Positions 37,849 to 46,348 of a stretch of DNA of 62,025 bases are shown in pieces. Source of the stretch: a virus. Lineage: Duplodnaviria > Caudoviricetes. The position numbers and the translations under genes were made by a program. The DNA is taken from the IMG/VR virus record IMGVR_UViG_3300000101_000014, positions 1 through 62,025 of that record; one strand, given 5' to 3'. Every line of letters starts with the position of its first letter. Position 1 is the stretch's first letter. The notes beneath the pieces were generated by a model. The model was given only the letters and a program-made list of their open reading frames with translations. It did not search any database and was not told the DNA's origin.

Positions 37849-38846
37849 TACTTCGTTCCTCCTTTAACAATCTTCTTATCACCGTTAGACAACTTGTCAC
37901 TCGCACTACGAGGACTTGCAGGTTTGGTTACTTTACCTGCCTTTGATGCATCATCGTGACCTTCTTCTTCAGGTGTGATGTCTGCTTCTTCAGGACTACC
38001 TACACTGTTATCTTTTGCCATGTCCTGTGAACCCTTACCCTTGAACTTGTCAAGAGCACTCTCACCAGACTTCTTCTCACGCTTCTTCTCATCCAAAGCA
38101 ATCATGTCAGACAACATATCTGCGATTTGTTCTGCAAACAATTCCATCTCTTCAGGAGTGTAAGACTCTTTCTTACCTGCACTTGCCATCGCCTTTCTTG
38201 CGAGGTGACGTGCACGATTCTTATCCTTGACAACGTTTCCAAAACGATCCTTGGTTACTTCACTAGACTTCTTGTAAGGGCCATCGAAAGGAGGTTTCTT
38301 ACCTGCATGGATATGAGACTTCTCTTTAACAATTGTCAGATTTTCGACAGGTACGAGTTTCTCCACACCATGTTCAAACATTACTGTGTAGTGAGTAACG
38401 ATACCTGTACCGTCTTCTTGTTCTACCAGAGTATGTTCACCAGCGAGACACTCTCCAAAACCCCACTGTTCTGAAGTCACGTGAGTCGCACAATCGTGCT
38501 TCAACGCCTTCTTAGTGTTGTCTTGGTCAAGATCCTTCTCATCGATCTTCTTCTTGTCACCCTTCTGGGCACGAGAACAATCAGGTTCGTGATTCTCCAT
38601 AGAACCGCCACACTCTGGACACTTTTCCATCTTGTCCTTATCTTCGTTTGTGACCGCCTTAGAGATCGCCTTACGGCGTTTATGCAGATACTTGTCCGTA
38701 GAGTCAGTATCTCCGTCATTGTCGAGATCCTTATCTTTACGGTCGTCAAACTTCTTTTTAACCGCATCCTTATTGACTGGATCTAGGTTCTTCTCAGTTA
38801 CCTGTGACCAGAGATCTGCCATCTTGTTATACAATTCTTTGTTCAT
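37848..38846 (-). CDS. Modular putative internal virion protein
   Basis: DLDNDGDTDSTDKYLHKRRKAI, CPECGG, HDCATHV modules with Glu linkers. Confidence 0.6.
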   Translation of the reverse strand: MNKELYNKMADLWSQVTEKNLDPVNKDAVKKKFDDRKDKDLDNDGDTDSTDKYLHKRRKAISKAVTNEDKDKMEKCPECGGSMENHEPDCSRAQKGDKKKIDEKDLDQDNTKKALKHDCATHVTSEQWGFGECLAGEHTLVEQEDGTGIVTHYTVMFEHGVEKLVPVENLTIVKEKSHIHAGKKPPFDGPYKKSSEVTKDRFGNVVKDKNRARHLARKAMASAGKKESYTPEEMELFAEQIADMLSDMIALDEKKREKKSGESALDKFKGKGSQDMAKDNSVGSPEEADITPEEEGHDDASKAGKVTKPASPRSASDKLSNGDKKIVKGGTK

Positions 38847-38862
38847 TTTTTTTCTTCTCCGA

Positions 38863-39153
38863 TCAAGAAATAAATTGAGTTAGTGCGGCACCTATCACTG
38901 TAGCAACGATACCAATTAGTACCCATGCGAACTTTTGCATGATTGCAACTTTTTCCACGATAGTTGTCACGTGTTTTTCTATATTGTCTATCTTTCCAGA
39001 CAGACGATTCATTCGTTCGTGCTGCTCCGCACGTCTTGTTTCTAAATCTTCGATTTTTTCTTCCACCCTGGCAAGTTGAATTATCGATTCCGACATTTTG
39101 TCGATTTTATCTTCAATCCTCATCATTCTGATTTGTGCTGTTTCGTTAACCAT
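38863..39153 (-). CDS. Coiled-coil protein with C-terminal TM
   Basis: Heptad repeats + hydrophobic tail. Confidence 0.6.
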   Translation of the reverse strand: MVNETAQIRMMRIEDKIDKMSESIIQLARVEEKIEDLETRRAEQHERMNRLSGKIDNIEKHVTTIVEKVAIMQKFAWVLIGIVATVIGAALTQFIS

Positions 39154-39422
39154 TACCACGCCTTACACGACCAATATCGCGCCTTGTCTTTTGGGCCCGG
39201 ATTGTCGCAGTTATGACGTGCCCTGAATGATTTTCGACGGCCAGGAATATTCTTCTTGATCGTCATGTTTTTGTCACCAAAGTTGACTTTCTTTGCCTTA
39301 CCGTCACCATCTGGATCAACATAAACCTTGGACTTTTTTACATCTCCAGACATAGGTTTATTTAGAGGAACTTTCTTCCCCTGATATGTCGCTTCACTGC
39401 AATGTTGTTTAAACGATTTCAT
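39153..39422 (-). CDS. Small basic putative internal virion protein
   Basis: MKSFKQHCSE; KVNFGD, RRKSFRARHNC, ARYWSC. Confidence 0.7.
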   Translation of the reverse strand: MKSFKQHCSEATYQGKKVPLNKPMSGDVKKSKVYVDPDGDGKAKKVNFGDKNMTIKKNIPGRRKSFRARHNCDNPGPKDKARYWSCKAW

Positions 39423-39427
39423 GTCTC

Positions 39428-39435
39428 TATTTATA
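39428..39435 (-). promoter_or_regulatory. T4-type late promoter
   Basis: TATAAATA. Confidence 0.65.
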
Positions 39436-39453
39436 CCTTCTATGAATCCAGAC

Positions 39454-40893
39454 CTATTTTGAACCTTCGTTAGATCGACCGACTAACTGCCAACCATCTT
39501 TCTTCATTCGGTCAGCAGTCGCACCGTCAACCGTACGGGTGTAAGTCCCTTTCTTAACAGTGTACACCTCTGCACCTTCTTCAACTTCAACCGACTCCTT
39601 ACTTTTCTGATATGCCTTGTACTCTTTACGTCTTTCAGCATCTTTCTTCTTCTCGGCAGGAGTCATTTGAGATACTGCTTTACGTGCTTCTCTCATCTGA
39701 CTGAATGTCATATTTTCCTTGACAGACTCGTTCTTCCAACCACCACCAGCGGCTTTATACTGTTTAGCTGCCCATCCGTTTGCATATGCTGAGGGATATA
39801 CGTCAAACTTTGCCTTTGCCTGCGACTTAAACTTAGACCAGAGTGAGGGGTTCGTTGGTACACTCTTCTCATCGAGGTATTCTTCTTTCTGCAAGTCTTT
39901 CATCTTCTGCATAGAGACGGGTTGACCTGCCTTGGAGACGATACCGTTCATACCTTCCTTTCTCTTCTGAGCGAGGAACTTCTCTGCCTCACCCTGAGTT
40001 CGGAACTTAGTTTGTAAGATTGTCCCTCTCTTTGACTTTGCATAACTGACTACAAACTGTTCATTCATTACTGACTCTTTGATACCGTTTTTCTTTCTCC
40101 AACCCAAAACAGTTTCAGCATCATTGACTTCGTCTGCATACTTCCCCGCTTTCTTTCCGTTGGGGTTTGCTTTGACGGCAGCGGCTGCATCTTTCCTAAT
40201 GTACATCAATTGTGATTTTGGTAAGTTCCAGAATCTATCGTTTTCGATACGAGCGCCGTTCCTAGGTCGTCCATCACCCATTTTCCAATTGGTCTTTTCT
40301 TGCATTTCTACTGATTCCTTTTTATCTGTTTTTACCATAATGGGTTTGTTACCTGTGCCGGGTCTATCGACTTCAGGGTCTGCACGTCTCTTTCTACGTG
40401 CACTGGACGCACGGTCTTTCTTCTTCATACTATGTGCTTTGTCTCGGGGCATACACTTGGGTTTACCTTCGTCAGGTTCTCTTGCACAATCACCCTTAAT
40501 ATCTCCATCGGTACCTACACGAACCCAATCACCTTTCTTACCTTTACCAAACCACTTACGGAGATCTTCCATACGCAGTCTTGGTTCTCTTCTATTGTAG
40601 TGTTGCGTCACAATAGAGAGATTTGACTTGTCGTTGTTCATAGGATTGTTATCCTTATGATGAACGTCTTTCTCATCGGTTAGGTCTTTACGACCCCTCA
40701 ATGCACGGCGTGCCGCATTCCTTGCAGCACGTCTCTTAATTTGTTCGGGGTCGGAATGATAGTTGGCATACTCTTTGGCATAGTCCCTACCTTTGTGTTT
40801 CACAACCCCTTTCTTTGTATCTTTCTTACGGTCTCGCATCACTGCGGACTTGTTTGCCTTGTGGGCATTCTTTGCTACTGGATTATTTTTCAT
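39454..40893 (-). CDS. Multi-module basic polyprotein-like virion protein
   Basis: HNH-like, LRKWF, YPSAYAN modules separated by KES..E linkers. Confidence 0.65.
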   Translation of the reverse strand: MKNNPVAKNAHKANKSAVMRDRKKDTKKGVVKHKGRDYAKEYANYHSDPEQIKRRAARNAARRALRGRKDLTDEKDVHHKDNNPMNNDKSNLSIVTQHYNRREPRLRMEDLRKWFGKGKKGDWVRVGTDGDIKGDCAREPDEGKPKCMPRDKAHSMKKKDRASSARRKRRADPEVDRPGTGNKPIMVKTDKKESVEMQEKTNWKMGDGRPRNGARIENDRFWNLPKSQLMYIRKDAAAAVKANPNGKKAGKYADEVNDAETVLGWRKKNGIKESVMNEQFVVSYAKSKRGTILQTKFRTQGEAEKFLAQKRKEGMNGIVSKAGQPVSMQKMKDLQKEEYLDEKSVPTNPSLWSKFKSQAKAKFDVYPSAYANGWAAKQYKAAGGGWKNESVKENMTFSQMREARKAVSQMTPAEKKKDAERRKEYKAYQKSKESVEVEEGAEVYTVKKGTYTRTVDGATADRMKKDGWQLVGRSNEGSK

Positions 40894-41357
40894 TATGATT
40901 TTCTCTCGATATACCATACTGTACCGGACGAACTGGTGTCAGTACGTACGTTGTATTTACTACCTACTGCTTTCTTAACAAGTCGACCATACAATCTCTC
41001 CCTTCCCTGTAAACTTTTATCCGTCTTACTTGTGCCGGGTTTCTTGGCAGCCGACAGATTCATGTACTTGGGATTTTCTATTCTTACGAAATCTTTTAAC
41101 AACTTAAAAACAGTTGCCATGATCTTTAATGCATCACCTTCACCCGTCATTCCTTGGTCTTTCTCATTACGTACAAAGTTTATTTCCCAATCGAGTTCGT
41201 CATAGTCATCAATATGATCATTCGCTTCCATGTCTACATTAACCTTTCCACCATCGTCAAGGTTAAACGTAGAGCGATACTCCCATTTCCCTGTCTTCTT
41301 CAATGTTGCAGGGTAAGTCCTATCTAATGATTCGTCTAGTTCTCTAAACGTTATCAT
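40893..41357 (-). CDS. Putative internal virion protein
   Basis: MITFRELDE N-term; TGEGDALKIMATV, RERLY. Confidence 0.6.
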   Translation of the reverse strand: MITFRELDESLDRTYPATLKKTGKWEYRSTFNLDDGGKVNVDMEANDHIDDYDELDWEINFVRNEKDQGMTGEGDALKIMATVFKLLKDFVRIENPKYMNLSAAKKPGTSKTDKSLQGRERLYGRLVKKAVGSKYNVRTDTSSSGTVWYIERKS

Positions 41358-41360
41358 TTC

Positions 41361-41597
41361 TTATTCATCCTCATCACCTTTTGCGTCCCAAAAGGATTTA
41401 CTTAATTCACCTTTGCTTGTATCACCAGTTTCACCAACTCTACGAACTTTAACATACATTAGGTGAACACCGCCACTGGCTGAGGTAAATGTTCTAATTC
41501 CAGATGCCGTTGTTCCGTTTGCAGCAATGCAATCTGCTGCCGTGGCTGCATTATCATATTCCCAATCGGGGTTATTTGGAATTGCTACCCATGCCAT
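41361..41597 (-). CDS. Hypothetical protein
   Basis: ORF track; TAATG overlap. Confidence 0.6.
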   Translation of the reverse strand: MAWVAIPNNPDWEYDNAATAADCIAANGTTASGIRTFTSASGGVHLMYVKVRRVGETGDTSKGELSKSFWDAKGDEDE

Positions 41598-43339
41598 TAC
41601 TTTTGACTTCCTTTAATATCTTCGTTCGTCTTAGGTTGAGTCTTACGAGCGATCGCATTGGCACGTGCAATACGAGCGCGATCAAGGATACGATCGTGTT
41701 TCTTTGCATCCGTATCCTTCTCACGTGCGATCCTTTCACGTGCGCGATCAAGAGCATCTTCCTTGATCATTTGTTCCGCCATGGACGCAACTTTACCTAA
41801 CTCACGTGCATCAAAACCTGTGATGCCATATTTCCTCATGACCTGTTGTGCATGGTATGCTGCGCCATGTCTACCAGTCTTGTCCTTCTCCATCTCTTTC
41901 CGTACAAACTTTGCAATTTCTTTGTACTTTTTGGACTTGATTGTCTTCGCCAACCAGTGTTTGATCATTGATGGGGTAGACATTTCGTTGAGATCCTCGT
42001 ATGATTCAGGTAGGGTCGATTCATACTTTAACTCGGGATCAGGAGATTTGAATGCTTTCTTACGCATTATTGTTTTGTTAACAACTTCGAACTCACCGTT
42101 CTTCCAGTTGATCACTACAGGTAGGTTAAGGTCAGACTGCATGTCCTTGAGGATCGCTTCTTTGTTCGCGTTCTTCTTGATCTTTCTACCTTTGTTGTCT
42201 GCCATCTTCTTGAACAGACGTTGTAACTCTGCAACGGTGATTGCGGGTTTGTTTCTCTTATCATTCATACGATCTTTGAAGTGTCGAGTGAACTCGATAT
42301 CTACATCGAACTTATTGAGTAGACGATCTGCAAACTTCTCTAGATCGTTTAGTTCCTTCTGAGACACGTCTTCTTTGACTCCACGTCTCTTACGTAGTAG
42401 ATCTTGTGCACGGTTAATGCCAGGCGTCATCTTAACTGCCTTCTTAACTGCGGCGGGAGTACCTTCTTCGGGTTGTCTCTTGGTAGTTACCAATACACCC
42501 TTCTTGACAATCGGTGACTCTTCTACTAGTTCTACGTTCTCGATCCACTGACGGGATACACTACCCTCATCTAATGCAACGATAACATAGTTGGTACCTA
42601 GACGATGGATCTGTCCAGACTTACCACCTTTGATCTTTACGTTGTCACCCTCTACGAACAACTCACCCTCGATGTACTTCTCACGTGCCTCTGATACGGG
42701 TTCTAGACTTAATCTGTTCTTGAACTCTTTAGTCTCTTTGAGACCCATACCAGTACGCACATCATTGAACAACCTCTTTGCGTCACGGTTGGACATCGAT
42801 GTTGGTACACCCTGAGAGAACAACGTGAAGTCATTCTCTTTGGCATTCGCTCTCTGTTTGGAGGCAGACATACCTGTCAAACCTTCCGCATCAGGATCAC
42901 GATCACCAGACGAGATAATAGTAATCTTCTCGAAGTTATAGAATCCGTGACGACCCTTGACGTTGTTGTACTTCTTTAGGAGAGTTTCGAACTCTGTGAG
43001 ACGGTCTGCACCAACGACCATATTGATTTTGTTGAATCCTTCATTGTGCAACTTGACTGCAACATCAAAGACGGTACGAGAACCTTTGTCTGATATGATG
43101 CTCCGTGCATGTTTTGGAAACATTTTACGTACATGTTTAATCTTCTGGTCATAACTCAAAGGATTCTTTCTTGCATCCTGAGTCTGTGACAGGTAGATTT
43201 TGTAAGGGGATTTTCCTGACTTCGCGGACATGGTGTTCATTAACTTACCATGACCTGTCGTAGGAGGGTTCATTCGGCCATAAGTGAAGAATACTTCTCT
43301 TTCTTCTTCGACCAAATATTGTTTAAATGAGGGTAACAT
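41597..43339 (-). CDS. Cytidylyltransferase/NMNAT-like nucleotidyltransferase with appended modules
   Basis: GRMNPPTTGH (HIGH-like), KNPL, VVGADR, RDPD, MSASKQR. Confidence 0.82.
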   Translation of the reverse strand: MLPSFKQYLVEEEREVFFTYGRMNPPTTGHGKLMNTMSAKSGKSPYKIYLSQTQDARKNPLSYDQKIKHVRKMFPKHARSIISDKGSRTVFDVAVKLHNEGFNKINMVVGADRLTEFETLLKKYNNVKGRHGFYNFEKITIISSGDRDPDAEGLTGMSASKQRANAKENDFTLFSQGVPTSMSNRDAKRLFNDVRTGMGLKETKEFKNRLSLEPVSEAREKYIEGELFVEGDNVKIKGGKSGQIHRLGTNYVIVALDEGSVSRQWIENVELVEESPIVKKGVLVTTKRQPEEGTPAAVKKAVKMTPGINRAQDLLRKRRGVKEDVSQKELNDLEKFADRLLNKFDVDIEFTRHFKDRMNDKRNKPAITVAELQRLFKKMADNKGRKIKKNANKEAILKDMQSDLNLPVVINWKNGEFEVVNKTIMRKKAFKSPDPELKYESTLPESYEDLNEMSTPSMIKHWLAKTIKSKKYKEIAKFVRKEMEKDKTGRHGAAYHAQQVMRKYGITGFDARELGKVASMAEQMIKEDALDRARERIAREKDTDAKKHDRILDRARIARANAIARKTQPKTNEDIKGSQK

Positions 43340-43821
43340 TATGATTTTCTATCCTTATCACTTTGACGAACTGAAGGTAACAACTTACGTGCAATCGCAG
43401 TTACGCGAGAACCCATCTTCTTGACTCGTTTTTCAATTTCTCCACGGCGTTGAGGAGTGAGGTCACCACGACCGGCATCCTTACTGAACTTTTTGAATAG
43501 TTGATTACGTGCTTGTTTAGTCGCACGTTTCATGAGAGTGTCTTTGGTTGCAGACTTCTGCATTGCTCTCTTACGTGACATCTTGAGTCTAGACTTGTTG
43601 CGTTTCATCGCACGTGCAAGTGCACGTCTGCCTTGGAAACTCAAGACTTCGTTTTGTTCAGAGTCTTCCGCCCAGAAGGGATCTTTACTTTCCTCAGTAT
43701 CCTGTTTTTTACGCTTCTTAGCGTTCTTGGATATCTGACCGTCCATGCCCGGCGTATAGTCTACTGTCAAAAAATCTTTGAAATTAAGTGGTTTGGCCAC
43801 TTTGTCCTCCGTCTCTACCAT
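43339..43821 (-). CDS. Basic putative prohead-core/internal protein
   Basis: LNFKDFL, Arg/Lys-rich helices after QNE. Confidence 0.55.
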   Translation of the reverse strand: MVETEDKVAKPLNFKDFLTVDYTPGMDGQISKNAKKRKKQDTEESKDPFWAEDSEQNEVLSFQGRRALARAMKRNKSRLKMSRKRAMQKSATKDTLMKRATKQARNQLFKKFSKDAGRGDLTPQRRGEIEKRVKKMGSRVTAIARKLLPSVRQSDKDRKS

Positions 43822-43888
43822 TGGTTAAAAATATAAAGTGGGATAAGTCTAAGACAAATACCCCTTTCACTAACTGAGTTTGTAGTAT

Positions 43889-43896
43889 TATTTATA
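43889..43896 (-). promoter_or_regulatory. T4-type late promoter
   Basis: TATAAATA. Confidence 0.7.
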
Positions 43897-43913
43897 CAAC
43901 TTCTAATCTTGAA

Positions 43914-45293
43914 TCAATACAACTTTGCGAATGGGCCAAACAAATCTCCTTTTTTCTGTGCGAGATACCCCAAATCGGTTAGTGCATTGTTCATCTGATT
44001 CTGGTTTGTTATTGAAAATATTTCATTCAGTATATCGATCTGCATCAACTTACTTAACGCAACATCTGCTTTCCCCTTATCAAACACGATAGTCATATTA
44101 GCAACGAACTGATCTACAGTGTTAATCTCAAAGTCAACCTTTCTGGTGGCTTGGAGTTTTTTGAATCGTTGGGTATGCGTATCGATGTCATCCAGAAACT
44201 CTTGAGTGGTGGTTGGATAGTTTCTCCAACGTCTCCATCTCTGACTCTCCAGTCCTTGTCTCTGAAACAATGCGGATGCCATATCTAGTGGAACCTTACC
44301 GAGTCGTGCCGACTGTGCACTGATATCAGTTCCTTCTATCTTGAGGTTTGCCTTACCCGCTTCGTTTTGTCGGATCTGGAACTTGATCTCTTGTTTGGAG
44401 GATCCAATGAACACCAGAGAATCTGTTTTACGGAAGTTGTTTCCTTGGAGATTGAGGGTACAGTCTGCCTTTTGGAACCGGAAGAGATACTCGTCACCGT
44501 CAAACACATCCTGAGAGTCTAGGTTTACTAGTTCCCACTTCGCTTCCTTTCCGGACATCAACTTTAGGGAGATACCAACCACCTGTCTGCGTTTAAACAT
44601 CGCACGGAGGATTGTATTGAACTCCTGTAAGGATGTGCTGTTGTCTCGGATCTTAGAGTCTAATTCTCTCTTGACCCTTTCTAGATCAGACACTAACCAT
44701 ACGTCCGCAGGGTTCCATGTGTCCTTCTTGGAGATCTTATACAACTTCTGACAGGTCTCAGTGATGTAATCCATGAACCCACCGTCACGTGAGTAGTGAC
44801 TGTATGACGTTTGTCCCACCTCACGATAAGTTGTCAATTGTTGTTGAAAGATTGTATCTTCCCAAGTCTCGTTCATCTCAGGATAGATCTCTAGTAGTTG
44901 ATCGCGGTACAACTGGTAGAATTGTTTCTGGTTTTGGTAACCGTTGTTCTCAATACTCTTTTGTATTGCAAACAAAGATGCGTTCTCTTGCATCGCAGTG
45001 GTCTTTGCATTAGAACCACCACCACCGGTGAATTGACTCTTCTCTATCTCAGACCATTTGTAACCATTGAACAACGGTACAAACTGTGCGGATACTTTCA
45101 GAGTGGTTCCTATGGTTCCCTCATTCTTTTGTTTAACTGCTTGTAGAAACTCCTTGACAGTAGGAGACTCCACGATCACTTGATTCGATCGATCGGTCAT
45201 TAGGAGTGGTTTTCCATTTGCAATAATATCCGCAACCTTACCGATGTAAGGTTTCTCGAACGTTATATATTTTCCACCAGCTAGTCCAGCCAT
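43914..45293 (-). CDS. Putative PD-(D/E)xK endonuclease
   Basis: TAMQE, DTWNPADVW, VGISLK. Confidence 0.6.
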   Translation of the reverse strand: MAGLAGGKYITFEKPYIGKVADIIANGKPLLMTDRSNQVIVESPTVKEFLQAVKQKNEGTIGTTLKVSAQFVPLFNGYKWSEIEKSQFTGGGGSNAKTTAMQENASLFAIQKSIENNGYQNQKQFYQLYRDQLLEIYPEMNETWEDTIFQQQLTTYREVGQTSYSHYSRDGGFMDYITETCQKLYKISKKDTWNPADVWLVSDLERVKRELDSKIRDNSTSLQEFNTILRAMFKRRQVVGISLKLMSGKEAKWELVNLDSQDVFDGDEYLFRFQKADCTLNLQGNNFRKTDSLVFIGSSKQEIKFQIRQNEAGKANLKIEGTDISAQSARLGKVPLDMASALFQRQGLESQRWRRWRNYPTTTQEFLDDIDTHTQRFKKLQATRKVDFEINTVDQFVANMTIVFDKGKADVALSKLMQIDILNEIFSITNQNQMNNALTDLGYLAQKKGDLFGPFAKLY

Positions 45294-45317
45294 GCGTATT
45301 CCCTCTTTGGTAGTTAC

Positions 45318-45358
45318 TATTTATAAGGAATTGTACGCAAAAAAAAGGACGCTGTCAA
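45318..45358 (-). promoter_or_regulatory. Tandem sigma70 and late promoters
   Basis: TTGACA(45358-45353)-N17-TACAAT(45335-45330) and TATAAATA(45325-45318). Confidence 0.65.
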
Positions 45359-45364
45359 GCGTCC
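45339..45364 (-). terminator. Rho-independent terminator
   Basis: GGACGC-TTGACA-GCGTCC followed by T8. Confidence 0.85.
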
Positions 45365-45376
45365 GAAGAGAGAGAA

Positions 45377-45446
45377 TGGAGCGGAGAGTAGGAGTTTCAC
45401 CTACCTTCTTTGGGGGGAACCCATAGACCCAATAACTGGCCTCCGC
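45377..45446 (-). tRNA. Non-canonical tRNA-Gly(UCC)-like RNA
   Basis: 7-bp acceptor GCGGAGG/TCTCCGC, U discriminator, encoded CCA, T-arm GTAGG-TGAAACT-CCTAC, anticodon loop GTTCCCC, truncated D-arm. Confidence 0.65.
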
Positions 45447-45447
45447 A

Positions 45448-45981
45448 TTATTTGGTGGTTAACAATGTAACAAAGTTGGCATAGTCGTCACGTGCTTGAT
45501 CAGTACACAGATCATTCCAGACGTAACTTGCGTCCATAACTTCTAACAACTGTATCGCTTCAACCTTCCATGTTGACCAGAAATCCTTATCGTGTTCTCT
45601 GATACTAGGTGCGTTGTGCATCAAGTCACAGATCTTAACCATACGTAGTTCAGGGGGTGCAGAAGCCAACCTCGCACGATCCAATTCTTTACGTTTAGCG
45701 CGGTTACCGACAAACTCAGGAGGTTTAGTCAGGTACCATACGTACTCTGCAACCTTATCACCAAACTTTTGTTGGATCTCTTCTTGAGTAACATCGGTGT
45801 CTTCTACAGTGTCATGAAGATAGGCAGAGAACACCAAGTCAGGGGTGGGTTCCTTCATTGAAATGAAAACGTTTTCTGCAACTGCGAAACAATGTTCGAC
45901 ATAAGGTTCACCAGTGTACTTTCGCACTTGTCCTTCATGTGCATGAATGGTGAACATCTTAATCTCTTCTAAACTAACCAT
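45448..45981 (-). CDS. HD-domain (p)ppGpp hydrolase-like protein (Mesh1/SAH type)
   Basis: AHEGQVRKYTGEPYVEH, AYLHDTVEDT, VKICDLMHN. Confidence 0.85.
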   Translation of the reverse strand: MVSLEEIKMFTIHAHEGQVRKYTGEPYVEHCFAVAENVFISMKEPTPDLVFSAYLHDTVEDTDVTQEEIQQKFGDKVAEYVWYLTKPPEFVGNRAKRKELDRARLASAPPELRMVKICDLMHNAPSIREHDKDFWSTWKVEAIQLLEVMDASYVWNDLCTDQARDDYANFVTLLTTK

Positions 45982-46348
45982 AGATACTCCGTGAAAATAA
46001 CACCTGACCGTTTTCGTAACCTCGAACCGGTCGTCCGTTTTGGGTAATCACCGCAGTGAGATCCCGATTACTATTAACATTATAATCTAATTCGTAGTCC
46101 ATGGCAACAGCTGCCGCCTTATAATTGTTAAAGTTTTTAACATGAACAACACCATCGGAACGTTGGAAGTGCAACTGAAATCGTTTCAACTCCTCTTCCT
46201 CAGTTGCATACTGGTAGTAGTCAGTCGCGAGTTCAGAACAGAGATCGAGGGTGACACGTTTGACACGTCTCTCCCCAGTCTCGTCAAGGATATACCGGCG
46301 AACTTCTGCCGGTATTTGGTCGTAGGAGTTGTAAGTAACTTCTTCCAT
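45974..46348 (-). CDS. Hypothetical protein
   Basis: ORF track, start MEEVTY with GGAGG SD. Confidence 0.6.
   Translation of the reverse strand: MEEVTYNSYDQIPAEVRRYILDETGERRVKRVTLDLCSELATDYYQYATEEEELKRFQLHFQRSDGVVHVKNFNNYKAAAVAMDYELDYNVNSNRDLTAVITQNGRPVRGYENGQVLFSRSIYG

Noticed and set aside
43830-43870. Imperfect hairpin in the late 5' UTR as an ncRNA
   Set aside because: Short and bulged; no further support
45377-45446. tmRNA end or canonical tRNA
   Set aside because: Too short with no tag ORF or G3.U70 Ala identity; lacks canonical D- and T-loop consensus
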